Source: Hormiphora californensis (taxonomy: Eukaryota > Animalia > Ctenophora). Taken from it: a stretch of DNA of 64,000 nucleotides. The DNA lies in contig CM035351.1 of the NCBI GenBank assembly GCA_020137815.1, positions 7,874,001 to 7,938,000 on the forward strand. The letters run 5' to 3'. How positions within the stretch are numbered: position 1 is the stretch's first letter; each line of letters opens with the position of its first letter. The translations under genes were made by a program, and so were the position numbers. Positions 1 to 16,986 of the stretch are shown here, piece by piece. Under the pieces are notes generated by a model. It ran no database searches. It had not been told where the DNA came from and saw only the letters and a program-made list of their open reading frames with translations.

Positions 1-520
1 TCAAGTTGGGTTATTACTTGCATCACAACTCAAACTATTGTATGCCCCAGAAATTTGAGTTGAAACCGTTTGCCACATACTACAATTGCAAGTACAGATT
101 AAACACCCAATGGCCCCTGGTAAGTGAGGGTTGCAAGGAGGGATGACCAACTAACGACTGTTCTGAGTGTACAGGACGCCAAACTCGTACCAACATCGCT
201 ATTTTACACCACAATAATGTACATAGTATTCGAAAGGGGTTTCATAGTCATAGGTTTTGGTCGAATGTGCCTTCTAACGGTCTCTTAAGGAACATGACAC
301 AGCCAGGTTCGGTAATCGATCCTACGGAAATGCAACCCTTCAGACATGCTAGAAAGGGACTACCACCTAACATCGTGCTACTAAGGTGGGCTACATTAAC
401 TTGTTCAGATATGTTGTTATGTTCTAACCCTGCTTTACGGGGCGCGGTGAGACAGGGTGGAATATCTAATGTTGAAATTAGGTAAAGTAACCTTTTCATG
501 TACAGTTTGTTGGATAAGCA

Positions 521-1304
521 GAGTGAAGATAAGATCTACTTTAATCTGAGTTACTCAGTGGGAATCCCCCGAGGACAGGGAACTGATGATTTCTACCAGC
601 CTGTAGCCGTGGGGGTCAAGGTAAAATTCTAGAGCTATAATCTCTTGAAATAGAAACACATTCCACACATCATCTCATACTATTTTTCATCAAGTAAATC
701 TCCCTTTCTCTCTCTGCAGGTCCAGTTCAAGGCACTGCGATATCTAGTCAGAAAGACTCTGGGTGCGACCTACCAAAACGTCAGCGCCACACTACTCGAC
801 GAGAATGCCTTCATAATCTACAGCACAGACTCCCTTTGGGTGCCCACCAACGTGGACCGCTTCTTCGACAGGATCTCCCCAATCACAGAACTAGTTGATC
901 AGTCCGGGTTTTACGACAACTACACGGTGGTGGACTGTCAGAAGTTGTGTCCCAAGGAGCCAGTAGCAGAGGAACAGAAGACAGCCTCATCAGCGCCCTC
1001 TATAGCACGATACCCCCTAGGTATTATGCACGTGCTATTAGGTGCTCTCTGGAGGACTCTCCTTACCATCTGGTGGTGGACGGGGGAGGGTGGGGGAGGT
1101 GTAACAGCCACCCACCAATCCAGCACTCAGTACATGTGTTGCGTCAATAACTTTGCGTACAATAGGAACTTTGACACCACAGAGCCTTATGAGGGGGTTG
1201 CAGATTGTGGGACGTGCTCTAAGAACATTACCCTGGCACCACTACCAGGGAGCAATGTGCTCATGCTAATAGACAATAACCCGGACTGTGTGTGTCCGGA
1301 GAAG
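521..1304 (+). CDS. Voltage-gated Ca channel alpha2-delta (CACNA2D)-like subunit, 3' exons (approx. 521-620, 720-1304); gene starts upstream of the window
   Basis: Spliced translation ...VAVGVK|VQFKAL...ATLLDENAFIIYS...GFYDNYTVVDCQKLC...CCVNNF...DCGTCSKNITLAPLPGSNVLMLI...CVC matches the alpha2-delta C-terminal pattern (LLDxNGF, YDYQxxC, DCGxCSR..LxxTNLL). Likely donor GT at 1305; the ORF could alternatively read on to 1481. Terminal exon not resolved. Confidence 0.8.
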
Positions 1305-2129
1305 GTACGGACCCGGAACAAATACTTCCGGAAGTTATGCGAGTACCCCGTGTCCCAATGGCAGTCTGATTTAACGTTACGGGACTGCTTCGAGCAGAAC
1401 CATAAGAGTGTACCCGTGGGCACGTGGTATTGCTCTAAAGACTTAAAAACATACTCTCGAACACTCAATAACGACACATGATAGACAGTGTTAGTTTCGT
1501 GTAACTGTTGTGCAAGGGAGATCAGGGAGAAAGTGGGTCGCTAGCTCTGATCTCTTGCATATCAACCTTCCTTTGACTGTAACACACCTATGTTTTAACA
1601 TATTTTCACACCGAATATAATCGTACTTTTGTGTGACTTTTGAGATCCTAGTGAGAGTTGTAGCAGGCAATGGTCGAGAGGGGGGGCAAGTATAAATATA
1701 GGAAGGAGAGAAAAGGATAAGATCTGTGATCTTGAGAAGTTGAGATCATTTCATTGCATGTTAGTTGCACGGTGAAACTTATAGGTCCAGTTGAGGAAGT
1801 GCCAAAAATAAAACAAATTCCGTGACCTAATAAATTGTTTGTTTACTTAGTCTAAGAGATCTGGTATTTGAAATTATTCCCTCCCCTCGCAGTAGTTCCA
1901 GTGAACGTAGTGACTAATTGGTTGGCTCTTTTTGTACACTGAATCTTTCACAGACTAGTTTCCATGCTCTCACATCTTCTCTTTCTCTCTGTTATTTCAA
2001 GCAATTTTAGCTGTCTGCATCTATCATAGTAACATTGCTTGCTATGTTTGAATGCAGGGTCCTCTCCACAATATACGTCATCACTCTCACAATCATTTGC
2101 TTGATCCCACTTTGCTATATAGGTATATT

Positions 2130-2456
2130 CAGGGGTCTAGGGATAAGGACGGGGGCAGCCGCCACCCCCCCCCCCCCATTTTTGGCGAGGTTCGCCCCAC
2201 CACTCTTACAATGCATGCAACCCTCACAAACCCTTACAACCACATCCAATTAGACGTATTGACGTATGTATGTATGCCGACTCAATGGACAATTTGAAAC
2301 CATTTTTTCAAAATTCAAAACTCATTTTCTCGGGCCCCGCTGTTGCTCCGCCTGATCTGTAGGTTGATAAATCTTGCTCAGAAAAAAAGTTTCTTGGGCG
2401 CTGACCAGCGCTGTAATTGGTCACCCCCCACTTGAAAAACCATTCCTACATCCCTG
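2130..2456. mobile_element. hAT-like non-autonomous element (MITE)
   Basis: Termini CAGGGGTCTAGGGAT ... ATTCCTACATCCCTG (imperfect TIR), flanked by the 8-bp direct repeat GGTATATT (2122-2129) / GGTGTATT (2457-2464). Confidence 0.65.
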
Positions 2457-2973
2457 GGTGTATTTTATTTGCCTGTTCTATTTTGGGAAAGCATTACAAC
2501 TATGCTGGACTTCTTCAACAATATACTTGAGTAGGGAAAGAAGGGAAGTAGTCCATCTTGCATGTTATAAAATGTTGTGGCACTGTTATATATAGGGATA
2601 TATCTTGACTCTTGAGAACCCTTTTGCCTTGTTGCACACGTGAACTTTACTCAATTCTCCATTCGTGTTGTATATTGCGCTCTAATCCAGCTATAACAAC
2701 GAGTTGAAGCTGCGATCAATAACCATGAGGTTACCTGCCAATTAGCATGGTCTCCCCCCTCCACAACAACACCCTCTGTTATGTTAATCGAGATAGCTCG
2801 AGTTGCCACTCCAAACTTGCTAGTTTGGAGTTATTAACCTTGCTGTACACAACTTCAATTGCACCTCATGCCTTATAAAATTTAGTTACCTATAAACCTT
2901 TCTATATACACAACTTCAATATTGAACCTTATTCTATAGCAACAGATTTAGTGTGGTTTGTAGTATCTCTCCA

Positions 2974-5918
<2,945 letters not shown>

Positions 5919-5929
5919 TGTTGATAAAG

Positions 5930-6013
5930 ATGTCTATGTCTATGTCTATGTCTATGTCTATGTCTATGTCTATGTCTATGTCTATGTCTATGTCTATGTC
6001 TATGTCTATGTCT
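5930..6013. repeat. (TATGTC)n hexanucleotide microsatellite
   Basis: About 13 copies just after the lectin-gene stop codon. Confidence 0.95.
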
Positions 6014-6218
6014 GTCAGTTGTTCTGTTACAATTGTCAATTATTATGCGTCCCTTTTTGTACCGTACTTAGTGTGCATATAATGTCATGTATCGTCATGT
6101 ATACCACCAACATTCCTTACCCGAGATATCATCCAACTATATCAGATATATCACCTAATATACACCACTGCAGAGATATGACCAACATATCCCTCTATAG
6201 CTGTACGGTTTGAGAACA

Positions 6219-6255
6219 CCCATTATTTGAGGCGCACCCAACGGGTGCGCTATTT
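6219..6255 (+). mobile_element. Dispersed repeat end, Helitron-3'-like hairpin (copy 1)
   Basis: CCCATTATTTGAGGCGCACCCAACGGGTGCGCTAT, nearly identical to 35343-35376. Confidence 0.4.
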
Positions 6256-6991
6256 AGTCAGAGTACTAAAAACACAGAATTTAGATACTTGAGGTCCAAT
6301 GGTTTGGCCAATGATTTCTCTATATTTTTAGTGCACTGTACTGTAGACCCAACGTTTTACACAATTACAATGACTGTTCTCAGACAATAGGATCATATTG
6401 TCCTTATAGGAACTATAGCCTGGTACTGCAGCGGCCTGCGGTAAAACAATGGGTCCAATACAAAAAATAGGATGGTCTAATATAGCCTTTTATAGTCCTT
6501 TCAAGGCCCAAGGATCAACATATTCCCTCTCTCACTCTCACTATTAGCTGAGTAACTTTTAGTCAGTGCTCTAATTGTGTAACAGTAAAATTGAAGTGAG
6601 CGGTCCATTGTAACATAGTTCACTTTTCTAGTTCTGAAGAAGGCTGAGACGCCGGAACCGTCAACTAACACGCGTGCTTCCCCTATTATATTGTGTTCGA
6701 CTGTCCGGTATTTCATACTAATACTCATGCGCCTCATTTAAACTTTTGGCCACCTCCATTCGCGCAGGGCCATGTTTCTTATCAGTTTAATGTCAGAGAA
6801 TCTGAACCAGTTAAAGTTAGAGGTAGTCCGTGCCCCAGTCCTAACAGGTGAACTATATATCGGTGTGGTACAGTATGCAGCATTGCAGACACAAAAGTCT
6901 CCCTTCACCAGATAAGCTACTAGCGCTGTACTGAGCTGTTTGTCTAGTGTGTGTGTGTGTCTACGCAGCACAGTTTTTGTTTAATCAGTGT

Positions 6992-7006
6992 GGTTGCTAA
7001 GCAACC
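6992..7006. promoter_or_regulatory. RFX X-box-like palindrome upstream of the TRP start codon
   Basis: GGTTGCTAAGCAACC ends 6 nt before the ATG at 7013; a second, GTTACCATGGCAAC, lies at 7191-7204 in intron 1. Confidence 0.45.
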
Positions 7007-7012
7007 GTCGTC

Positions 7013-10000
7013 ATGTCGCTCTTCAACGCCATGAAGGCGCTCAAATACCTTGGCAACATGGATGGGTATAAGGAGGTGATAATCGAGACTCCTCTCACGA
7101 CTACCATCGAGGGACCAGCCAACAGTGTCTCAGAGATACCCCAACCTCACGGCATCCCAATGTCCATGATGCTCCATGTGAGTTCAACGCGTTACCATGG
7201 CAACCATTGTTTTGTACTTGCTTGTAGTGGGAAAACGGTAATGGAAAACTGAGATACAGTAAGACGACACGCAACCGTGGCCAATCAGGGCGCTAGTACG
7301 TGCTGAACACATGCACTTTTTGCCGCACGTTATGCAACGTGCACGTCTCCTTACTGTATTTCTATTACGGTAATACGACTACAAGCAGCACTGTTACACT
7401 TATCCAACTTTGAAACATTGTTTCAGGACGAGAATATTTCAACGGGCAAGTTTAAAGGAAGGAGAGCGGGGACAGGGAGCATTACAGAGAATCCCTTGGT
7501 GGTTGATGTAGAGGCGGATAGGGATCAGAGGCCATCAATGTGGCAAAACAACCTCTCAGGACTATCTGTAAGTCTAACTGTCTTGATATTTGGCGTTTTA
7601 ACTGCCTCCAGACCTATAGCTAGCGTTTATTCGTCTTTACAGGGAGCATTATTGAGAATGGGCGATGTAGCGAGTATGGAACCTATTTCACAGGCGGCTG
7701 GCCCCCTTCCTTATGCAGTATCACAATGAGATGCTGAATACAGAAGTTAACCTGAACCACATCGGAGATGATACCTTTCGGATCGATTCACTGAAGGAAG
7801 CTTACCTAGAACCGTATGTATCATTGCAGCTGTCCCAAGTTCCTTTCCAACAAACGTTTAGTGAATTGTGACACACATGTGACATGATCTCCCGCAGGAT
7901 GTAAGAAGCTGAACCATGAGATTTGTTCGGTGAACATTAGGAAGGCCATCCTGTACCAATCTAGAAGTCTACTGAAGATCATAATTCGAGCTCATAAACT
8001 AAAGTTCATCAAAAATCCAAGGGGCCATATTGTCAACCGAGACAAATCAAGCATTGTCAACATGTTGGATATTTTCAGGTAAATTTTAGAAACTTGTTAG
8101 AAATATACTAACAAACGAAACCCCATCAATTAGAATACAACTTTTGCTACTCCTAGTGAAATACTACAGGAACAAAGAGCTAAATGCCGCTTTTTGGTTT
8201 GTATTTTAGAGAAGTTTGATGTTATATCACTTCCTGCAGGATGTCGCCCCTAATGACGGCGGTGAAGGTGGGTAATGTGAAGGTTGTCAAGTTGCTGCTG
8301 GAGTACGGGGCAGATCCTCTCAACATCAACACTACAAACGAAACAGCACTCTCCATCGGAATCAAGGTACTGAACCATGGTTTATAGAAGCACTTGATCA
8401 ACTATTATTCGGTAGAAACCTTGTCAGAGCATTGACCTGACCCTAGGGAACACACATAATCAACTCTAATTCTATATAACCCCCCTTGTTCCCCCTCCAA
8501 CCCTTATTCCCCTCGACCAGCACTACAATGAGGAGATGATTGAGCTGTTGATAGAGTACGGTGCAGATATTGGGGTATCGCTGTGCATCGCTGGACTCAA
8601 CCGAACCTCTCCCCCTTCACGCTCACAAGAAGCAGTCCCAAGGCATCAACTCTCCGTCTATGGGGTAATTTAACTGATTTCGTTGTCCTTACTTCTAAAT
8701 TTCGAAAACGAGCTGAAACGACGCCCAAAAACTAATTTATTTCAGGATATCCCATTACGGGTTCTCCTTCGAGCCGATATTGATGCTCACTCAGCCTAAA
8801 TTCCTACTAATGACCCGGAACCCTGTTCTGACCGCCTTCAAGGTGGGGACCATCATCAACAAGATAGGAGACAAGAAGGACGAGTACCTGGGTGATTGCG
8901 ACATGCTGGAACAACAAACAGACGACTTTGCGTATTACTACCTGGATCAGTGCAGGACAATGTGGGAGGCCCTCATGCTACTTCACGATCAGGGTGCCGA
9001 CCAGGGGAACGACCTGCTGGACTATGCTATCAAGAAGAAGAAAATGAAGTTCATTTCTCATCACTTTTGTCAGCAGTATATGATGGACACTTGGTACGTA
9101 TTATAGTGAGGGAAAGAAGGATATAAAAACAACCAGCCATCTTAGATCTGACATCTGAGATGTAAGAAATGGTTGATAGACACGTCATTTATTCAGGTAC
9201 GGTGGAGTGCAAAGAGGGAGAACAACGAACACGTGCAAGAAACTGTTTACCCTCCTGATTCTCCACATCATCTTCCCCTTCTTCCTCCTTCACAGCGTCT
9301 ACATCTTCGCCTCTAACTTTGACCTGGCGAACTTCACTAATTTCGGCAACACCAGACCCATGACCCTGTGGAGAAGCCTGCACGTGCCTGTAGTTAGTTT
9401 TGTGGTGGATTTCTTTAATTTCCTTGTTATGATCGTCATCATGATTGCCACGTGTTTAACTGAATCCGATACATCTGAGGACAGCCACTTTTATGATGGT
9501 CCAGAGGTAATTGATGTAATACCTACCCAAATACCCAATTATACTGCCACAGAAAGTTTATTTACCGGACTTCTAGCGCCAGGAACGATAAATGTACGGT
9601 TTATTCAGACGAGTAACTAATTGGTTGACTTATTAACTAATTGATTAATTATTCAGATATTTCTGTGGATGTGTTTGGCAGCTCGGTTCATGGTTGAACT
9701 CGACAAGATCAGGACACAGGGTCGGCACTTCTTTAAGCACGTTGGCAATGTGGTGGATCTGTCTGTATCCATGTCAATTATCATCACCGTCCTGCTGAGA
9801 ATCGTCTCACAAACGACATTCGCAACATACCTAGATGGAAAGTAAGTATTTGGATCAGAACGTCCTCCGTGTATTTATAGATCACCGGCCTAGTGGTTAG
9901 GATGTTTGTATATGATGTTATTTACCGTATGTTTCAGAATGTTCCTGTGGTCCAGTTACATCTACGCCACGGCTTTTCTTGGTTTGATGTTACGGATGCT

Positions 10001-11124
10001 GGAGATGCTGGATATCACATACACCCTGGGACCTCTCGAGGGAGCCATCAGCAAAATGATGACGGTACTTGAAGATCATAGGAATTAGAATCAGAGACCC
10101 TTCTAGAGGGAATTATGAAACTGTCAGCTTTCATTGAAAGTCGTCATTTAACATCTTCTCCCTCATTTGTAGGATGTAATAAAAGTTTGTGTTCTACTTG
10201 CGATATGCATGCTTGGGTTCAGTGTTTCAATATGGACTGTAACCCTTCAATCATACACCTACGAGAGCAGTTTAGAAAACAGAAGCGATACAGCCGGGGA
10301 ATTATCTTATCCAGAGTACTTTAGCTCGTTCAATACAACAATAATTACTCTACTGTGGTCTGCTATGGGTCTGATTGAGCCCGACAACATTGCAATTAGC
10401 TACAACTCAAATGCAGACGCTTATCTAAAGGTAAAACTGACGAATTCATACAATATTTGAGGTAGCTATTTTGTCACTTGTTAGTCAAATGTAGTGGGTA
10501 ACGATTCCGTTCGTTGGATCCTATGTTCACACTAATATTCAATGGTGCTAATGAAATATCCAACAAATCTCTCTCTCTTGTCAGGTGTTATGGGGATCAT
10601 ACATTCTTACTGCCATGATTCTCTTCCTAAACATGCTGATTGCAATGCTCACAGAGACATATGTGTCGGTCATAAACAACGCTGAAACTGAGTGGAAGTT
10701 CGCCCGATCAGTGGTGGTGGTAAAATACACAGGAACCCACCCCTTCATATTTCCCTTCAACCTCATCCTATACCCCGTGTTCCTTGTGTACCATCTCATT
10801 CAGTCCAAGTATGATAGGAAGAGGATCAGGAAGTTTGGGGAGGAGGACGAGGAAGCGATGAGACAATCAGGATTCCTACACTTGGCCATCAAGGAGCGGT
10901 TCAAGGAGAAGTTTAGCGATCTCCTAGACCTACCCTACTACTACCGAAAGAATATATTTGATTTTTACGCGACGGCCCCACTTGTTCAGCAGAAAAAGAA
11001 GAAGGATAAAGATAGCAGCAGCACCAAAACAGCGACTCGTAAAAATAGAACTCAGAGTATGGTTACTCAAAGTAGGATAACCGATTTAAGTGATGACGAC
11101 AAATCAAGTCTGAAATCCGACTAA
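7013..11124 (+). CDS. TRPC-like transient receptor potential channel with N-terminal ankyrin repeats (multi-exon)
   Basis: Ankyrin motifs SPLMTAVKVGNVKVVKLLLEYGAD and NEEMIELLIEYGAD; TRPC linker NPVLTAFKV...DFAYYYLDQCRT...LLDYAIKKKKMKFISHHFCQQ...W; pore region FSSFNTTIITLLWSAMGL; S6 LFLNMLIAML; TRP box EWKFAR. Confidence 0.92.
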
Positions 11125-11564
11125 AAATAGAGAAGTTTTAACATCACATCGCAATTAAACAGTTCCCAAATCTAATTCGTATTGAAAATACGTTTATGTA
11201 TACATGAGAACCGTTGCTATATCAACCAGTGCTATATCAATCTGCGAGAAAAAGAAGCGAACTGATTTTATACTTTTTTCAAGATTTAAATAATATAATC
11301 TGTGAATTATTTAAACGAGAAGTTTCGTTAACAAAACTTCTCATTTAAATTTGTTAAAGCTTCAGATAACTCTGTTGAGCACTGTCAGTAACTAAGAAAT
11401 CTGTCAAAGCATAAATATGTTACAACGTGAAAAGTATATAAGTACAATGTTTGTTCTTTTGAAATTCAGTTTACTTTTAGCAAACGACTGTTTTTGAATC
11501 TGAAGAAATCAAATAAATAAATACAACATAAATACAATCAATAATAATAAATAAACAGCTCAAC

Positions 11565-13842
11565 TCAAGGCAGCATTTCAAAAGGACGCCTGACCCTTGA
11601 GATTCGAATGAACCTTGAGCACCTCCTAAATTGTGGGGAGCAGAGTTTTACTAGCACAATCACACCCAGGATCGCCATTAGCAGTACAATATAAACATCG
11701 AGACGCTGGTGGACTGGAGTCACTATTTCACCGATATAGACAGGAAGTGGATCAACATAGAGGTGGTTTTCGATCATAGCCTTTACGAAGATGGTGAGGG
11801 CTCCACCCGCTACTGAACTCATGTGCATCATACAACCATCTGATATGATGAGGGGGGAATTAAAAATATATGTAGATAATCTATCTGAAATATGGATATT
11901 AAACATGTTCTACTCGCCACTTTACTAGAATCATACCTCTTAGTTCGGCCTCTGAAAGAGGTTTTCTCATGGCAAACTTTTCCGCTGCTCCTGCGTTCTG
12001 CTCTTCAATCCCACCGTTAAAAAGATTTCGTCGTGCTGCCGCCCTGAGATTTATAAGCTGGTTGTCCACACACAGCAAACCGAACCAAGGGCCTTTTTCG
12101 CGGCATTGTGCACAGTATATACTTGTTTCAGTTTCACAGTTGTAACTAGTGTTTACTAGTGTTTACTACTAGTGACTAGTGTTTACTACTAGTGTTTACT
12201 AGTGTTTACCTTTCCTTTGCTCGTTTTGAGTGGAGGGCGATAGCTTCTGGAAGATGGGATCCATCGTAGGGTGCATAACAACCATCATTTCTCTGCCAAC
12301 CTAGGAGCATGTCCAGTATTCCAGGACGTAGAAAATCTTCCACAAACCCTGCTCCACCACAAAACATGACCTGAACAATACATTAGATATAGTGTTGCTA
12401 CAGATACAGCATGGTTGCCATGGTAACTACAGATACAGCATGGTTGCCATGGTAACTGCACACACACACACACCTGTTCCATAATGAGATCCTGATCTAC
12501 ACCCGGGTCTACACCCCTCTTGAAGATACCCTCCATCTCATTATATATGTTACTGCAGAACAACCTAGCATAGTGAGCCTCAATGGCAGCCCCTCCTCTT
12601 GACTCGATGGCATTGGTACAGTTGAAGTGCTTTAGAAGAAAGAAGAAGAGGAGCTGGTGGGTAACGGAGTACTCCCTCTGACCACTGTCAGTTATCTGCT
12701 GCCAACATTTCTCCGTGATCTAGGGGTATTCATTAATTGTTACAATGAGATCTGATCAGGATTAAAGGGTATTCATTATAATGACACCATATATTTCAGT
12801 GACCGGGTAGAGCTCATTGTTCAGGGGTCATTGTTCAGGGGTCATTGTTCAGGGTTGTAAATGGGGTTGGATGATGTTATGGTGTGAATAGGTGGTGCGT
12901 GCACAACGGTATGAACATTACTTTGTTTTGTTGGGGAAGGAGGGTCGAACAAGGCAAACATTACTCACGGTGCATTTAGAGCCCTTATAGTGACCACTCC
13001 CGATAGTTCCCATTAGACAATCGTCACTCTCCTTCGGCTCGATGAAAAACGAACTTTTTTTACGGAATAACAGACCTATAGGTTAGTGGGGAAATTGAGT
13101 GGACTATGAGGGACCTATGAGATCGTGGAAGTAGGGGAAATTGAGTTCAATTGGGTGTTTTGTTGACCATTATAAGTAAGTGCAGTACACGGTACCTGAA
13201 TCAACTCGTCCGAGAGCGCCAGACAATAAGTTCTGGTATACAAAGGGTTGACTGAGAAGTTCAGAAAACTTTCCGTACTGGACGGCAGCATTTCTTTGGC
13301 ATAGTAAATCCCTCGCCCCTGCTACTTCCCTCGCATACCGGGCAATGTCCGTTACCCTTGCCATGATATCGGGTGTTGGATCTTCAGCATTTAGAATAGT
13401 CGACTCTAGGCCTCCTGTAAACGATATTAACATCAGTTAGGTTTAGAGGGTTCACATGGTCGTGTAGTTCTATCATACATACCTTCAGAGTTCAGGACTA
13501 ACTCTTACAAATATAATGTGTTTGTATCTGAAATTTCGAACTGAACAATTGGGCTATATAGGTATGTGATATATTGACACGTAATATAGAATGTAAATCA
13601 CGACACATTAATTGGCATGTACCTTGTATCATTCTGATTCCCCACATTGAATCGACGATAAGTGAGCCCCTATTCGCATCAAAATAACGGAGAAGATGCT
13701 CTATCGCACTGAGAGTTCTGTTCACATCACTAGATGTGAAGTACGGCCTCCGAACGTGAGATGGTCTAATCAGGACCCCCTCCGTGCTGACGGGTAGCAA
13801 GGCAAGTAGTATGAGGGTGGAAGTGGGACAGGATAGGAACAT
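11565..13842 (-). CDS. UPF0764 / C16orf89-like protein (exons approx. 13842-13623, 13414-13196, 13078-12969, 12719-12474, 12370-12210, 12044-11937, 11840-11565)
   Basis: Signal peptide plus the family motifs ESDDCL...KC|ITEKCW...YSVTHQLLFF, DLIMEQVMFCG..GF...LLGWQRNDGCY and DGCMMHMSSVAGGAL. C-terminal hydrophobic segment. Confidence 0.85.
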
Positions 13843-14241
13843 TGATCACCTCCCTCTGGAATTGAAAACACGTGTCATTTTAACTTGTTGAATAACAACA
13901 AAACACGAGGAAATGTTATTGTCGAGTAAGGGCCAAGGGGTATAGCAGCTGGGATTGCAGCAGAAACAATTCAAGAGGAGTAGCAAAGATTGTGGCGGAA
14001 GTTATAAAGGTGCCAATATATAGGGATCTCATGTACTACTAAGTAACTTTATAGCTGTACAAATACATCCTGTAATCATAAACAAAACCGATATATTATA
14101 TCTATTGTAAATGGTTAGTTTGATCCAGTTTAGAAGGCCGAAATATCGATCATGTACTGCATAACCGTAGTTCTAGGCTAATGACAGACTGGGAACAATT
14201 AGGATTACTTCGTTCAGCTGGACATGCTCAAGAAGGGGTAT

Positions 14242-14355
<114 letters not shown>

Positions 14356-14839
14356 GGAGGGTGCTATTACTTCCCTGTTTGGGATAATAGGCAGCAGCTC
14401 CAGCGAGCGAGAGAGAGCATCAAGGAGAGAGCATCTCTAAAAAGGAAGAAACACACAAGTAAATAAAGAGACTGCAAGGGGGCGACGAATAGCATTAAAA
14501 TACACCTCCGCCTACAATGGGTGATTTGGTGCTTTGGACAACTCTGTACAATGGCAGCTGCACACATGCCTTCTACACATGTCTTGTGTACAAACTGTAC
14601 ACACTCATGAATTGATTAGAGTGTCACAACTAAACGATTGCGTAAGACGCATGTGTGTATCTCACAGAGCACGCTGAACACTAATCACTAGAGAGAGAGA
14701 TCTGTGAACATATGCTCAGTACCTTGGAGACTGTGAGATAGAACTAGAGAGAGAGAGAGAGTGCAATAAATATAGAGGGAGCTAGCATTCTCGCACCTAA
14801 CTATACAGAGATCCCTTCCTCTCTCTATATGTCTCTATC

Positions 14840-14918
<79 letters not shown>

Positions 14919-15508
14919 GCCCTCTCTCTATAGCTCGATTAGCGGGCTACCATCTGCTCGCGGACACAAGCTCTGATAATAACCAAATCCTCCAAATCCT
15001 AGAGAGACACTATTATAAAGAGTTACGGTACAGAGAGCTCTGCCGAACCCTTTACAGTGTGATCACACAGTGTACAGAGAGCTATGCAGTTGGATCCGAA
15101 AAATAACGGAATAAGACATCCTCTAAACGGATCCAAGAATATCGGCTAAACGCTCAGCTATACACGACACAAAGGTACTGATAATGGGTAAGTGATTTTG
15201 GAGACCTCGGTCATGATCTGTATAGTGATCGCAAAGGTACAGTCGACTTTCCCTGTAAACCATGTAATAGTCGGTATTATAGGTGGGCAGTAGTGAAAGT
15301 GTCATGACAGTACATCAAAGACATGTCAGGAGGAATATACTCCTAATATGGTATAACGTAAGTCTCGCGGGATGTCACATGCTCACTACCCTGGACAAAT
15401 TAATCAAAACTGCACAGGATGGTTGAAGGTGTTGGAAACGTGCAGAGACGATCTCATCATTTATAAAGGAGTAAAAACGTTCAATAAAACATGTCAATAC
15501 TGTTTCGA

Positions 15509-16898
15509 TCATGACACTAAAACTACTAGAGTCACTAGAAGTAGATGTAGGATAGTGTTCTGGAGTCTAGTGGCTGAGTTTCCAACACATACGGGGACGG
15601 AGGGGCACCACTTTTGTTCTGATGTACACGTCACTTGAGAGGAACCCTGAAAACAGAATATATTTCATATTTCATAACTTGGTACTTACTCATATTATGT
15701 TTTTAAATAAAACTAAAACTAAAACTTTGATTTCGTTTGATTGGTATATAACAGCTAACCTGAATTGTATATCCTTTAGAGCACTCAATGGTAGCTACCG
15801 ATCCCACGTTGAAAGGCGGGGCTCCTTCTATTGCACTTTTCTCTGCAACAACCCGGGCATTCGCAACTTGGGCCGTAATGTCACTGCAGCCAGCTGTAGA
15901 ATAACAAAATTAGTGTGTTACCATGGAGATTATATTTGAGAATTTGTTGGTTGCCATGGTTACCTGTACATTTCACCATGTTTGAGAGTGATGGAGAGTA
16001 TCCTGAAGAGAGGCACCTGGTGGAGAACTGGCCAAGTTGATACATCTCCGGAGCGTACCCACTCTTACATCCCACCTGGGGGTTTCAAGAAAATATTCAA
16101 CATGTATTAAGTATCTTCTGAAGAAGTCCATTAAGTTTGTTAACTTTGCTAAACATGAGCGCTATAATATCGATTCTATTTGATTTTACCTTTATGGTAG
16201 CATCAATATCAGGCACTATGGGTGCTGCACTTTTCACCACAGAGAGACTCTTGCTGGGATAGGTTGCTGACCAGTGTTGGGTGCTGTCAGATGGAATAGG
16301 AGAGCACCCCACCGCACACCATGTTGTCACCGCGGTGAAGATATCTGGTACGAAACTACCACTCGTACACTTGACCACCACAACCCCGGCCTGACTTCCA
16401 TCACTAAACGCATCTATTGCACCTTGATCCCTGAGAGGTACAATTTAATAAAACAAAGTGTGCATCTAAATGAATCCCGGAAACGGTCGAGCACTGTGAG
16501 AACAGCGATCTAAATAGAGGATCCCAAAGTTTGGTACATAGCACAGTCCTTTCCTGATAATAAATACATTACTGATGCATGGTTGTCTTCCACTTACACT
16601 CCGTATTGTCCCCGGACATCGTTGGTAAAGACCTGTGTGGCGGGGTATTTACAGGCCACTGTATATGTGTCACCATCCTTGAAGGTCGAGGGAAGGTTGT
16701 TTCCTGTTTTCAGATCCTTTATTTGATCTACTGATATGGTTATCTTATCACTGGAACAGTCTGCTGCCAACGCAATACCTGTAGAGGAGGGGTAGTATAA
16801 TCTGTAATGCATGGTGGGAAAGGTGAAATTAAAAAGTTAGAACGAATAAAATTACCTTGCAGAGTGAGGGTGATGATTGCTAACAGAATAGTGCTCAT
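15509..16898 (-). CDS. Triple CCP/sushi-like GPI-anchor-type surface protein, paralogue 1 (6 exons)
   Basis: MSTILLAIITLTLQ|GIALAADC...YTVACK...VFTN...VVKCTSGSFVPDIF...WCAVGC...VGCKSGY...TRC...KCT|AGC...PPFNVGSVATIECSKGYTIQ|GSSQVTCTSEQKWCPSVPVC, then the hydrophobic tail ILHLLLVTLVVLVS*. Confidence 0.8.
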
Positions 16899-16986
16899 TT
16901 GGATAGCGTACCTTCCAAGTTTACATGACTCTACATTTCAGGGCAGAAGAGGGTTAACAAAACATTGTATATCAAATAAAACACGA

